Under the pieces are notes generated by a model. The model was not told the origin of the DNA. It saw nothing but the letters and a program-made list of their open reading frames with translations, and did not search any database. Shown here piece by piece: positions 43,435 to 53,591 of a stretch of DNA of 64,000 bases (position 1 is the stretch's first letter; each line of letters starts with the position of its first letter). This stretch comes from Candidatus Dadabacteria bacterium (GTDB lineage: Bacteria; Desulfobacterota_D; UBA1144; Nemesobacterales; CSP1-2). Made by a program: the position numbers and the translations under genes. The stretch spans positions 864,001-928,000 of the forward strand of contig CAWDVW010000005.1 of NCBI GenBank assembly GCA_963805855.1, read 5' to 3'.

Positions 43435-43980
43435 CTAACGATTAATATGTTGAATCAGATTAACTATTTCATCTTTAACCCGTATGTATTTGCTTCTACC
43501 GAATCCGGGATCCTTTGCTCTCCCGGAGACACTGGCATCAGCAATGATTGAACCTGTACTTTTATTTATAAGTTGAATTCCGACGTACATGACGCCTTTC
43601 CCCTTATCATTAATACCAAAGGAATACCATTCACAGTATTTACAACCCCTATCGTAACCAGTAACTGCTCCTTTAACAACAAGTATACTATCTTCCGGAG
43701 AATCATCAGTTTCGTTACGTAGTATCTTGTGAAAATGATTATTCTTCCTCAATTCTTCTGCTACCATATCAGGTATCTCCGAATAAGAGTCATAAGGAAC
43801 CCATTCCAAAGCAGTCTTGTCAAAATCCGGTATCTCCACTACCTGAAAATTGTACGAATCACGTTCAGGTTTTTTATTCATTATGGTTCGAGAAGCACCA
43901 CAACCCGCAAAGGTCAGCAACAAAAAAATAAAGGGTAGGGGGAAAAAACGCGATATAGCTAGTCTATTGAACCTGGACAT
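43435..43980 (-). CDS. Putative lipoprotein (DUF4410-like)
   Basis: Lipobox FAGC; family call tentative. Confidence 0.6.
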   Translation of the reverse strand: MSRFNRLAISRFFPLPFIFLLLTFAGCGASRTIMNKKPERDSYNFQVVEIPDFDKTALEWVPYDSYSEIPDMVAEELRKNNHFHKILRNETDDSPEDSILVVKGAVTGYDRGCKYCEWYSFGINDKGKGVMYVGIQLINKSTGSIIADASVSGRAKDPGFGRSKYIRVKDEIVNLIQHINR

Positions 43981-44401
43981 GTTTTTCCTTAATACAGAAT
44001 AGTAGATAATATATTACACTAATACAATAATACAATGATAATATGGGACATGATTTAATCAATCTATTGCATAGAGCTCCCCAATTGTATCACAAGCCCA
44101 TCTAAACAAGAAATAATCTGAGAGTGCTGCATTATAATTCCTGATTATCTTCACTTTAGATAAAATATGCTTGGAGAAAGATTCAACAAAAGATACCTAA
44201 TTTCCCACCATCAGGCTATAATTCATCACTGAAACTACCAATTAACTAACTTGGTTATACGGATTTACTCCATCCTAACAAAGATAGTGAATTATGATCG
44301 AAATCAACATATAATTTAATTTCATGCATAAATTTGACAACTGTTCAGACAAGTACTAATACTACTATCTCGGTTATCGCGATCGGTTCAAAGGACAATT
44401 T

Positions 44402-45154
44402 ATGAAAGTCTGTACACTAGCTAGTGGAAGTTCCGGTAATTCCCTGTATATCCAAACGGAATCTTCAAAGATCCTAATTGACGCGGGAATAAGCCTAAGA
44501 CAGATAAAAGCCAGGCTTAAGAGGCTCGATGTGGATTTGTCTGACTTAGACGCTGTGATCATTTCACACGAACACTTAGATCATGCAATGTCAATTCCAA
44601 AAATTGAGAATCCCACGTATGTCGCTTCCACGACGATACACCTCTGGAAAGATAAGGCTAAAAACCTCTGTGAATTCAACACCGGTTCTTCCTTTTCAAT
44701 TAAAGATGTCTTGATAACCTCTTTTTCTGTTCCACATGATGCACTGGATCCGGTTGGATTTACAATCGAAACAGATCATACGAAATTAGGGATAGTGACT
44801 GACATCGGAACAGCAACGAGCCTGGTTAAAGAAAGATTGAAGGGATCAAATATTCTGATCATTGAATTCAACCACGATGAAAATATTCTCAGGGAAAGCC
44901 ATTATCCATGGGAAATAAAGCAAAGGATAATGGGCAGGCTGGGTCACCTATCAAATGCTCAAGGTGCAAACCTTTTTGCCAGCTTGTTACACAACGAACT
45001 TTCCCATTTGCTACTCGCACACCTGAGTGAGACCAATAATAGATATGACGTAGCATTAAGAGCAGCCTCATCGGTAATCGACAAATCAGGGGCTGATCAC
45101 ATAGGCATATCGATCGCCCCTAGAAAAAACTTAGGGGAGGTTTTAATAATTTGA
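44402..45154 (+). CDS. MBL-fold metallo-hydrolase (YycJ/WalJ-like)
   Basis: LASGSSGN, SHEHLDH, VPHDA, GHLSN, AHLS. Confidence 0.9.
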   Translation: MKVCTLASGSSGNSLYIQTESSKILIDAGISLRQIKARLKRLDVDLSDLDAVIISHEHLDHAMSIPKIENPTYVASTTIHLWKDKAKNLCEFNTGSSFSIKDVLITSFSVPHDALDPVGFTIETDHTKLGIVTDIGTATSLVKERLKGSNILIIEFNHDENILRESHYPWEIKQRIMGRLGHLSNAQGANLFASLLHNELSHLLLAHLSETNNRYDVALRAASSVIDKSGADHIGISIAPRKNLGEVLII

Positions 45155-46455
45155 TATCGAGATATTCACGTAAGGAAATGTCGAAGATATGGACTGAAGA
45201 AGCCAAATTTCGGCAATGGCTTCGTGTTGAGATTGCGGTTTGCAAAGCTTGGTCGAAATACGGTCGTATTCCAAAAGAGGCAACTAATACAATCAGTAAA
45301 CGTGCTAAAATTGATGTTGAGCGAATACAAGAACTTGAGAAGACCTTAAAGCACGACGTTTTGGCCTTCTTAACGGGTATATCTGAGAATATTGGCGCTA
45401 ATTCGAGATACCTGCATCTTGGGCTTACCTCGTCCGACGTTCTAGACACGGCATTTGCCCTCCAATTAACGGACGCGGCGGCTCTCCTAATCGATGATAT
45501 AAGAATTTTAAAAGGCGTCCTCAAGAGGCTCGCTTTTAGACATAAGATGACTCCTATGATTGGAAGGACTCATGGAATACACGCCGAGCCGACTACCCTG
45601 GGTCTCATTTTCGCCCTTTGGTATGATGAAATGAGCAGAAACCTGGACAGACTAAAAAGGGCTAGGGATGTAATCGGTGTGGGGAAAATCTCCGGCGCCG
45701 TCGGTACTTTTGCCAATGTTCCTCCAGAGGTAGAAAAATATGTATGCAAACTTCTTAAACTAAAGCCAGCCAGCATCTCTACGCAAATAGTTCAACGTGA
45801 TATCCATGCAGATTACTTCCTAACGCTTTCGATCGTGGCAACATCAGTTGAGAAAATAGCGACAAACATCAGGCATTTTCAAAAAACTGAGCTTCAGGAG
45901 CTGGAAGAGCCATTCACCGAAGGCCAGAAGGGTTCTTCGGCAATGCCCCACAAGAGGAATCCAATTCTATCGGAGAACATCTGTGGACTAGCTAGGCTTG
46001 TCCGCTCCTACGGCCTGACTTCTCTTGAAAACGTTCCACTATGGCACGAACGGGACATAAGCCACTCGTCGGTAGAAAGGGTGATAGGACCAGATGCGAC
46101 GATACTTCTTGATTTTATGCTGAATAGACTTACCTACATATTGGACTCCATAAAGATTCACCCCCAAAATATCAAAAGAAACCTGGAGCTAACACGTGGG
46201 CTAATACATTCGCAAAAAGTCCTGTTAAAGCTAGTGGACAAGGGGCTATCAAGAGAAAAGGCTTACGAAATAATCCAAAAAAACGCGGTTAAAACCTGGA
46301 ACGCCAGGTCGCATTTCCGTGAGATCCTCTTAAAGGATAAAGATGTTAAAAATCATCTGTCCGAAGGTGAGTTAGATGAATGCTTTAAAATCGAAAACGA
46401 CTTGAAATATGTCGACCATATATTTAAAAGGGTATTTTCAAAGGATATCCACTAA
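45151..46455 (+). CDS. purB: Adenylosuccinate lyase
   Basis: MISRYS, GRTHG, GSSAMPHKRNP, WHERDISHSS. Confidence 0.97.
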   Translation: MISRYSRKEMSKIWTEEAKFRQWLRVEIAVCKAWSKYGRIPKEATNTISKRAKIDVERIQELEKTLKHDVLAFLTGISENIGANSRYLHLGLTSSDVLDTAFALQLTDAAALLIDDIRILKGVLKRLAFRHKMTPMIGRTHGIHAEPTTLGLIFALWYDEMSRNLDRLKRARDVIGVGKISGAVGTFANVPPEVEKYVCKLLKLKPASISTQIVQRDIHADYFLTLSIVATSVEKIATNIRHFQKTELQELEEPFTEGQKGSSAMPHKRNPILSENICGLARLVRSYGLTSLENVPLWHERDISHSSVERVIGPDATILLDFMLNRLTYILDSIKIHPQNIKRNLELTRGLIHSQKVLLKLVDKGLSREKAYEIIQKNAVKTWNARSHFREILLKDKDVKNHLSEGELDECFKIENDLKYVDHIFKRVFSKDIH

Positions 46456-46556
46456 TAATATGGATTAAAAGCTACCGTTCCTTAATGATCGAACTTTGTT
46501 GATTTATCCTTAAATGGTGTTATATTGCTTCGTTGTGAAATCTTTAGGGGGTAAAA

Positions 46557-47138
46557 ATGCGCCATAAATTTATCGTAACTATGATCGTCATAGCAACCTT
46601 CTTTATATTTATATTTCAACCCAAAATAAATGCCGAGACCATATCGACAAAGGAAGCTAATGAACTTAGAACCTTCCTTAAGGAAAAGATGGGGAATGTT
46701 GTACCGGATGACGCCACAATTGAGGTCAGTGGATATGAAAAAACTGCTCTCAGTGGTTTCAAACAAGGTCAGTTCAAGGTAAAAACCTCGAAGGGATCGG
46801 GAGATGTCCCGTTTCTGATAAGCGACGATGGGAAATACCTTATTTTTGGAGAACCTGTTGATACCAGGACATTTCAAGATCTACCATTTGGAATGAGAGA
46901 GAGAAAGATCCAAATTGGCACGATCCCAATCCCCGTTATGATGACTAAAGACGGTAGGTACCTGATTCTGGGAGAACATGTCGATACTTCAACATTCCAA
47001 GAAGTCCCTTTTGGAATGAAGGAAGGAAATATCCAAACTGGCTCGGGTACCCCGATCCCAATCATCATGACCAAAGACGGAAGGTATCTGATTCTAGGTG
47101 GCGAATTAATCGATTTAAAGGCCAAACCGACAAAATGA
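46557..47138 (+). CDS. Secreted protein with three DsbC-N-like repeats, no CxxC
   Basis: Signal peptide; (S/T)xDG(K/R)YLIxGE three times; paralogous to the N-half of the next gene. Confidence 0.7.
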   Translation: MRHKFIVTMIVIATFFIFIFQPKINAETISTKEANELRTFLKEKMGNVVPDDATIEVSGYEKTALSGFKQGQFKVKTSKGSGDVPFLISDDGKYLIFGEPVDTRTFQDLPFGMRERKIQIGTIPIPVMMTKDGRYLILGEHVDTSTFQEVPFGMKEGNIQTGSGTPIPIIMTKDGRYLILGGELIDLKAKPTK

Positions 47139-47179
47139 TTCATTTACACATACTATAATAAGTGTGAGGAGGCGAAAGA

Positions 47180-48172
47180 ATGCTGTTCAAAAGTCTAATA
47201 TCATCATCATTGTTGCTCTGTTTAGTCATGATTTTCCATCCAGCCGTAAAAGCCGAGCAAATATCGAAGGAGGAAACAGCCAGACTCCAATCTTTCCTCA
47301 AAAAGAGATTGGGATCGCGCATGCCCTTGGATGCAACAATCGAAGTTAAAGGCTACGAAAACAGCCCGATTCAAGGATTTAATCAGGGCAGTTTCTTAAT
47401 CAATTCTTCGAGGGGCTCCGGAGATGTAAATTTCATCATAAGTAATGATGGCCGATACATTATTCTTGGAGAACCAGCGAGTACTAAAGACTTTGAGCAA
47501 TCGCCAATTGAAGGACTCAAGAAAGGAAGCGTACCAATGGGAACTCAAACGTTACCATTACTGATCAGCAAGGATAGTAAATATATTATTCTTGGCGAAA
47601 TAATCGATACTAGTGTAGATCCTTTAAAAGAAACGATGAACAAGATTTCTTTAGAAGATGTTCCAGTAAGAGGTAAAGAGACGGCAAACGTGACGGTGGT
47701 TGAATATTCAGATTTTCAGTGCCCCTTCTGCCAACGAGGCAGCCAAATGCTCCCTCCGATATTACAAGAGTATGACGGGAAAATTAAACTTATGTATAAA
47801 CAGCTTCCCCTTCCAATGCACAATTGGGCTAAGGATGCGGCAATTGCCTCCTTGTGCGCCGGCGAACAGGGAAATGACAAATTCTGGGAATTTCATGACC
47901 TGTTGTTTGAAAATCAAAAAGATATCAAAGTCGAAAACTCGAAAGAAGAGTTCGAGGGATTTGCCAAGAAAATAGGGCTGAACGAAAATGATTTCAACAA
48001 ATGCCTCGGTTCCCCAGATATCGCCAAGCGGCTGCAGGCCGATATAGATGAAGCCCGCTCCATCGGAGTAAGCTCCACTCCTACGTTCGTAGTGAATGGT
48101 ATTATCGTGCCGGGGGCCAATCCAGAAGGGCTAAAATCGGCGATCGAAACAAGCTTATCGGGTGAGCAATAA
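47180..48172 (+). CDS. DsbA/DsbC-family thiol-disulfide oxidoreductase with duplicated N-terminal module
   Basis: EYSDFQCPFC, GVSSTPTF; two DGRY/DSKY-type repeats. Confidence 0.88.
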   Translation: MLFKSLISSSLLLCLVMIFHPAVKAEQISKEETARLQSFLKKRLGSRMPLDATIEVKGYENSPIQGFNQGSFLINSSRGSGDVNFIISNDGRYIILGEPASTKDFEQSPIEGLKKGSVPMGTQTLPLLISKDSKYIILGEIIDTSVDPLKETMNKISLEDVPVRGKETANVTVVEYSDFQCPFCQRGSQMLPPILQEYDGKIKLMYKQLPLPMHNWAKDAAIASLCAGEQGNDKFWEFHDLLFENQKDIKVENSKEEFEGFAKKIGLNENDFNKCLGSPDIAKRLQADIDEARSIGVSSTPTFVVNGIIVPGANPEGLKSAIETSLSGEQ

Positions 48173-48333
48173 CCAAGATCTTTTATAAAAAGAGAAAGCC
48201 GGCTTTATTTGGTTACCAACACCTCTTCCCGACGGATTTTGGTATTAAGGTTGAGACTAAATGGGGTATATCTTTGCCTAAAGACATACTATTTTTAAGT
48301 TTAATCATCATACTAATCCGACTTTCTTGATAG

Positions 48334-49103
48334 ATGAAGTGTCCTAAATGTGGCTTCAATAGCTTTGATTTTCTTGAAAAATGCAAGAAGTGCGGTAGTT
48401 CCACTGGTGTTAAACCGGAGCATGATGCTTTATATAAATCGTATGAACTTTCGAAGAGATATGCCGAGCCTAAAACAAAAAGATCGGCAGAGGATGAGCT
48501 CAGGGAAATAGAAGAAGTTGCTGTTAAACAATCCGAAGAAGAGGAAACGATCAAAAATGCAGAGGAGGTTTTATCATTAGATTACGACACTGGTCCGTCG
48601 AATCATGCTTTAACGCTTGAAACTGATCCCACTATAGTGTACGAAGAGGAAACGCGAAATACGGACAGAGTGAAATCAGATCTAGCGGGCATTTCAACAC
48701 GATCAATTTCCTTATTAATTGATGTAGTGGTGATTTTTTCGATTACAGCCTTGGTTCTTTCAACAGGGTTCTATATTGCCACCGACAATTTTATATTCGA
48801 CACTCACTATTCACTGAATTTCATAGCCGCTATTTTTTTCTCACTTATTATAATTTGTTCGAGTTATTTTGTGTTCCTTGAGGGCTACGGGGGAAAAACA
48901 ATAGGAAAGATGGTTATGGGTATCAAGGTAATAGGAGACGATGGAGGTTCCATCGATATCGTCAAGGCCTTCACGAGATGGGCTTTTTCTTTTTTTCCGC
49001 ATCCTTTTTCTTCGTTGGATTCCTGTGGGCACTTTTTGATACAAAGTCTCAAACATGGCATGATAAAATTGCAGGCACGCTTGTAGTAAAAGAAAAAACC
49101 TAA
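48334..49103 (+). CDS. Zinc-ribbon + RDD-family membrane protein, frameshifted near the C-terminus
   Basis: CPKC..CKKC, R....LID, GKTIGK; adding one T at the T7 tract 48990-48996 restores ...GFLWALFDTKSQTWHDKIAGTLVVKEKT* (stop 49101-49103). Confidence 0.85.
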
Positions 49104-49106
49104 GAT

Positions 49107-50372
49107 ATGGAATTTCTCGATGAAATTAATGAAAGGATCACTGAACGATCAGCCGAAATACAGAGTTGGACAGAACAGCACTCCAATAAAGTTCTTGTAC
49201 CTCTTTATACATCTGTTGATCTAAGAGTATCCAAGTACAAAATCGCGCCTGTTGACACCAATGTCTTTCCAGCCGGCTTTAATAATCTATCCGCATACTG
49301 TAGAATACGCACCGCCAATCTATTCAAACAGCATTTTTCCACTAAATATCCTAAGGTGAGCAAAATACTCATCGTCCCGGAACTCAACACTAGAAATCCA
49401 TACTATTGGGAAAATATACATGTAATCCAATCAATGCTGGAAAACGTAGGGTTCAGTGTGAAGATCGGAATCGTAAGTGAAGAGTTTCATCTAGATCAAG
49501 CCGAGTTTAAAGCGATAAGCGGTAAGCGTCTCACGGCGTATAAAGTTATAAGTGAAGGCCATAAGGCTATCATACCAAACTATGTTCCAGATCTGATCCT
49601 TATTAATAATGATTTCTCATCTAGGTGCCCAAAGACACTGAGGGACATACTGCAGCCCGTTGAGCCTCCGATAGAGATAGGTTGGCATACCAGAAAAAAG
49701 AACGTTCATTTCGAGTTCTATAATAGACTTGTATCTGAACTGGCACAGATCCTGGGACTAGACCCTTGGGTATTCACGATTGAAACAGTTCTCCAAGAGG
49801 GAATAGACTTTGATGAACCACAAGACCGCGAACGGGTCGCAACAAAAGTAGATACAATGAAGAAAGAACTCACAGCGGAATACAGAGAGAGAAGAATTGA
49901 TCAAGATCCGTTCTTTTTCGTAAAGAGTAATTCTGGAACCTATGGAATGGCCGTAATCAATGTTTCGAACGGAGATGATCTGAGAAAGCTAAACGCTGAA
50001 GGAAGAAAGAGAATGAAAGTTACAAAAGGAGGTAAGCCAGTAAGGGATGTGGTAATCCAGGAGGGAATTCCAACATCTTTTGTAGTCGAATCAAAATTTG
50101 TTGGAGAGACAGTGCTTTATCTTGTAGCCGCGAAAATGGCTGGAGCCTTTATAAGACTGAATAAAACTAAAAATGAATTTGAGAATCTTAATACGAAAGG
50201 AATGGAGTTCATAAGCTTACCGTTGGTGAAAAACGGTGAAAACATTAAACACGAACGTGAGTGTCTGCTACCACCGGTGTACCAGGTAATAGGAAGTACT
50301 GCGAGCATAGCTGCGGCATATGAAATTGAGAAGATCATCAAAGAAGGGGGATGCGAGGAAGAGGTCGCCTGA
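49107..50372 (+). CDS. gshA: Glutamate--cysteine ligase, ATP-grasp (Acidithiobacillus ferrooxidans) type
   Basis: YTSVDLR...KIAPVDTNVFPAGFNNL, NNDFS, GWH.R.K, GTYGMA, QEG, ENLN. Confidence 0.82.
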   Translation: MEFLDEINERITERSAEIQSWTEQHSNKVLVPLYTSVDLRVSKYKIAPVDTNVFPAGFNNLSAYCRIRTANLFKQHFSTKYPKVSKILIVPELNTRNPYYWENIHVIQSMLENVGFSVKIGIVSEEFHLDQAEFKAISGKRLTAYKVISEGHKAIIPNYVPDLILINNDFSSRCPKTLRDILQPVEPPIEIGWHTRKKNVHFEFYNRLVSELAQILGLDPWVFTIETVLQEGIDFDEPQDRERVATKVDTMKKELTAEYRERRIDQDPFFFVKSNSGTYGMAVINVSNGDDLRKLNAEGRKRMKVTKGGKPVRDVVIQEGIPTSFVVESKFVGETVLYLVAAKMAGAFIRLNKTKNEFENLNTKGMEFISLPLVKNGENIKHERECLLPPVYQVIGSTASIAAAYEIEKIIKEGGCEEEVA

Positions 50373-50677
50373 CTTATTTCTCATTTGTCTATTCTTAATA
50401 GGCTAGCATCAAGAGCCATTCGAAAAGCAATATTAAAATAATAGCCCGGCGTTCCTCAACCTATTGCAGATGACGAGGGTTTCTGTTCTAATAAAAACAT
50501 TCTGAGTTTGTTTGTACCTGATGTCAAACTATTTTTGATTATGTCTGAGTCAGAGACCACCTGTTATGCGCTCATAAACCCCATCGCTCACCTATCATTT
50601 GGTTTGACAGGTACCTGTTTTCATGTTAGAAGATTAGGCTTTTTAGATTTACTACCCCGAGGTTACATTAATAGCAG

Positions 50678-51964
50678 ATGAGCTTAGATGAAGCAGGTTC
50701 ATTTCCAGTGGAGAAGTTCCTTCTCGCATTCGCAATAGTTCTTGTCACTTCCAAGGTATTTGGAGAAATTGCAGAGAGAATCAAGCAACCTGCGGTACTA
50801 GGCGAGTTAACGGCCGGAATAGTCATTGGAGGGAGCGTCCTAGCACTGATTCCCTCAATTCCTAGCGAGGCAGGATATATAACATTCCACCTTCTTGCAG
50901 AAGTTGGAGTTGCGATACTACTATTTGAAATTGGTCTTGAGACCGACCTCAATGATTTACTCAGATTAGGTGTAACCTCAAGCGTCGTCGCACTCGTGGG
51001 AGTCGTAGTCCCTTTTGTCCTTGGATTTATAAGCGTTCTTGCATTCGAAAGGGCTGGGCTTCTTGGTGAGATCAATCCAATGTTTACTACGGTCATAGCG
51101 ATAACCGCCGGAGCAACCCTTACAGCGACCAGCGTGGGAATCACCGCGAGGGTGCTATCCGATTTAAATCGCTTACAGACTGAAGAGGCACGTATAATAC
51201 TGGGAGCCGCCGTAATCGATGATATTCTCGGCTTGATTATCCTAGGAATCGTAAGTGGACTCATTGAAACTACCAAAGAAGGATTGGATACCGGAATATC
51301 TGTCGCCAGCCTTCTTATTGCTACACTAAAATCATTTGGGTTTCTTTTCGTCGCTATATTAATCGGCAATCTAGCTTCAGGTAAGCTATTTAATCTAATA
51401 GAAAAGATGCAGGTTCGTGGAGTACTCCTGTTAAGTGCGCTTTCCTTCGCCTTTATATTTGCAGTCTTGGCCAGCCTGGTAGGACTTGCGCCGATCGTAG
51501 GGGCATTCGCAGCGGGATTGGTTCTTGCAAAAACAAACCAGTTCAAAACCATTGAAGATCGCCTGAAACCTGTTTCCGATGTATTCACTCCTATTTTCTT
51601 CATTATGGTTGGCGCGGCTGTAGATGTTCGCATTTTTAATCCATTTGTTAAAGCCAATCTACCGATTTTATTGATTGCGCTGGTACTATTCACAGTGGCG
51701 GTATTTGGGAAATTCGTAAGCGGTTGGACGGTGTTCAAGAAAGGCATAAAAAAAAGTGTAATAGGCATTGGCATGATTCCCAGGGGAGAGGTTGGACTCA
51801 TATTTGCTCAGATGGGTCTTGTATCCGGCGTTTTCGATACAAGGCTTTTTTCTGCGGTCACAGTCATGGTCATGCTCACAACTTTTATTGCTCCTCCACT
51901 ACTTAAAATCGCATTCTCTGAGAAGGAAAAACCATCTCAGAAAGCTAATCCAAATACTGTATGA
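50678..51964 (+). CDS. Cation:proton antiporter (CPA2 family)
   Basis: QPAVLGE, LFEIGLE, ATSVGIT, GAAVIDD, GMIPRGEVG. Confidence 0.92.
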   Translation: MSLDEAGSFPVEKFLLAFAIVLVTSKVFGEIAERIKQPAVLGELTAGIVIGGSVLALIPSIPSEAGYITFHLLAEVGVAILLFEIGLETDLNDLLRLGVTSSVVALVGVVVPFVLGFISVLAFERAGLLGEINPMFTTVIAITAGATLTATSVGITARVLSDLNRLQTEEARIILGAAVIDDILGLIILGIVSGLIETTKEGLDTGISVASLLIATLKSFGFLFVAILIGNLASGKLFNLIEKMQVRGVLLLSALSFAFIFAVLASLVGLAPIVGAFAAGLVLAKTNQFKTIEDRLKPVSDVFTPIFFIMVGAAVDVRIFNPFVKANLPILLIALVLFTVAVFGKFVSGWTVFKKGIKKSVIGIGMIPRGEVGLIFAQMGLVSGVFDTRLFSAVTVMVMLTTFIAPPLLKIAFSEKEKPSQKANPNTV

Positions 51965-51974
51965 GGGTTACAAA

Positions 51975-52481
51975 TTGAAAAAGATTAAATTGATTATATT
52001 CCTAGTTTCTATCGTATTCCAGATTACTTACACAGATGCAATCGCAGCCGAGGATATACTGAAAATTGACAAAATCGTTATATTCCAAATAGTTATTTTT
52101 GTAGCAGCCATCTTCATTTTGAACTCCATTCTATTCAAGCCACTTTTTCAGCTTGTTGATAAACGAGAACAACTAACTACCGGGGCCATCAAAGAGGCAA
52201 ACGAGCTGAGAAAAAGAATAGACCAGATAATAGATGAATATAACGCTAAGCTAGATGAGGCAAGGTCAGAAGCCTCGGAGGAAAGGAATAAAATCAGGAA
52301 TGATGCCAATAAAGCAGCAGATGAAATTATAAAGAAGGCCAGGGATCAAGCTCAAAAGCTGCTAAACGAAGCAAAGAATAAGCTAGAATCGGAAAAGTTA
52401 GAGAAGGAGAGGAGTATTGAGCCTGAGATAAAATCCCTCGGGAGGAACGTGGCCTCACGAATCCTGGAAAAGGAGCTATAA
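51975..52481 (+). CDS. ATP synthase F0 subunit b'
   Basis: TM FQIVIF..LN..LFKP then coiled coil; TTG start at 51975 after GAGGG; precedes atpF. Confidence 0.85.
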   Translation: MKKIKLIIFLVSIVFQITYTDAIAAEDILKIDKIVIFQIVIFVAAIFILNSILFKPLFQLVDKREQLTTGAIKEANELRKRIDQIIDEYNAKLDEARSEASEERNKIRNDANKAADEIIKKARDQAQKLLNEAKNKLESEKLEKERSIEPEIKSLGRNVASRILEKEL

Positions 52482-52486
52482 ATTTT

Positions 52487-53041
52487 ATGCACATTGATTT
52501 ACTCAATTTAATAATTACGGTTGCAACTGATGAAGTGCATACTTTTAATTGGAGGGATGTAACTTATCAAGCAGTCAACCTAACCATTTTACTTTTAGTC
52601 CTTGTCTATTACCTTAAACAACCCGTAAAGAATTTCCTGATTGAAAGAAGAGGCATCATAGGAAATGAAATTGATGATGCACAAAAGGCAATCGCTGAGG
52701 CAAAAAAGATTCATGCCGAATACGAAGAGAAATTAAAACGTTTGGATGCAGAAATTAAATCATTAAAAGAATCGATTCAAGAACAAGGGGAGGTTGAGAG
52801 GAAAGAAATATTAAAGCAGGCGGCGTTAGCATCTGAGAAGATCAGGGCAGAAGCCCGAGAATCCATAGAGCTCGAATCTGCCAGAGCACGACGCGCGATT
52901 CAATCCGAAGCAATTAAATTGGCCCTTGATATTGCCAAAGACTTGATAAAACAGCACTTAAGCCCTTCAGACAAGGATAAAATCATCGAAAATTTTGTAA
53001 AGAGGATGGACGAAGAAAAATGGCATCAGTCGCAACATTAA
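52487..53041 (+). CDS. atpF: ATP synthase F0 subunit b
   Basis: TM plus coiled coil; operon position. Confidence 0.88.
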   Translation: MHIDLLNLIITVATDEVHTFNWRDVTYQAVNLTILLLVLVYYLKQPVKNFLIERRGIIGNEIDDAQKAIAEAKKIHAEYEEKLKRLDAEIKSLKESIQEQGEVERKEILKQAALASEKIRAEARESIELESARARRAIQSEAIKLALDIAKDLIKQHLSPSDKDKIIENFVKRMDEEKWHQSQH

Positions 53042-53562
53042 GGGATCTAGTCGAAGCATTGATTGAAACAGCAGAGGGAGAGAACAAGACCAAAAAAGTG
53101 ACAAATGATATGGTATCGTTTTATAATATAATAGCTGCTGACGAGACGCTGAAAAAGATCTTGGGAAGTTCAGCTTATGAGACTTCGGAAAGAATCGCAA
53201 TTATAGATGATCTCGGCGAAAAGGCCGGATTCGATAAACTCGTCACGAATTTTGTAAGTCTGGCTATCGAGTTAGATAAATTCAAAACACTTTTGAAATC
53301 AAAACAGTCAATCGAGAGAAGACTTAGGAAGGCCTCCGGGACAAGCCGAGCTGAAATAACATTTGGGGAAAATCCATCAGATTCGGATTTAAAAAAAATC
53401 ACGGAAGGTTTGGAAAAGTTAACCGGCGAAGAGATCGAAATAGAGGTCAAAATCGATCCCACTATAATAGGTGGGATTATTGTGAAGGTTGAAGATAGGG
53501 TGTTTGATGGTAGCATTAAGACCCAGCTAGAGAGAATACGAGAAGTCCTAACATTACCGTGA
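53020..53562 (+). CDS. atpH: ATP synthase F1 subunit delta
   Basis: DPTIIGGIIVKV.D.V.DGS. Confidence 0.9.
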   Translation: MASVATLRDLVEALIETAEGENKTKKVTNDMVSFYNIIAADETLKKILGSSAYETSERIAIIDDLGEKAGFDKLVTNFVSLAIELDKFKTLLKSKQSIERRLRKASGTSRAEITFGENPSDSDLKKITEGLEKLTGEEIEIEVKIDPTIIGGIIVKVEDRVFDGSIKTQLERIREVLTLP

Positions 53563-53591
53563 GGATCGTTAGTAGTTAAGGAGCAAGAGAG

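Noticed and set aside
50668-51801. 377-aa minus-strand ORF
   Set aside because: Antisense shadow of the CPA2 antiporter; no motifs of its own.
51792-51974. Long N-terminal extension of ATP synthase b' in the ORF track
   Set aside because: Overlaps the antiporter CDS; TTG at 51975 has its own RBS.
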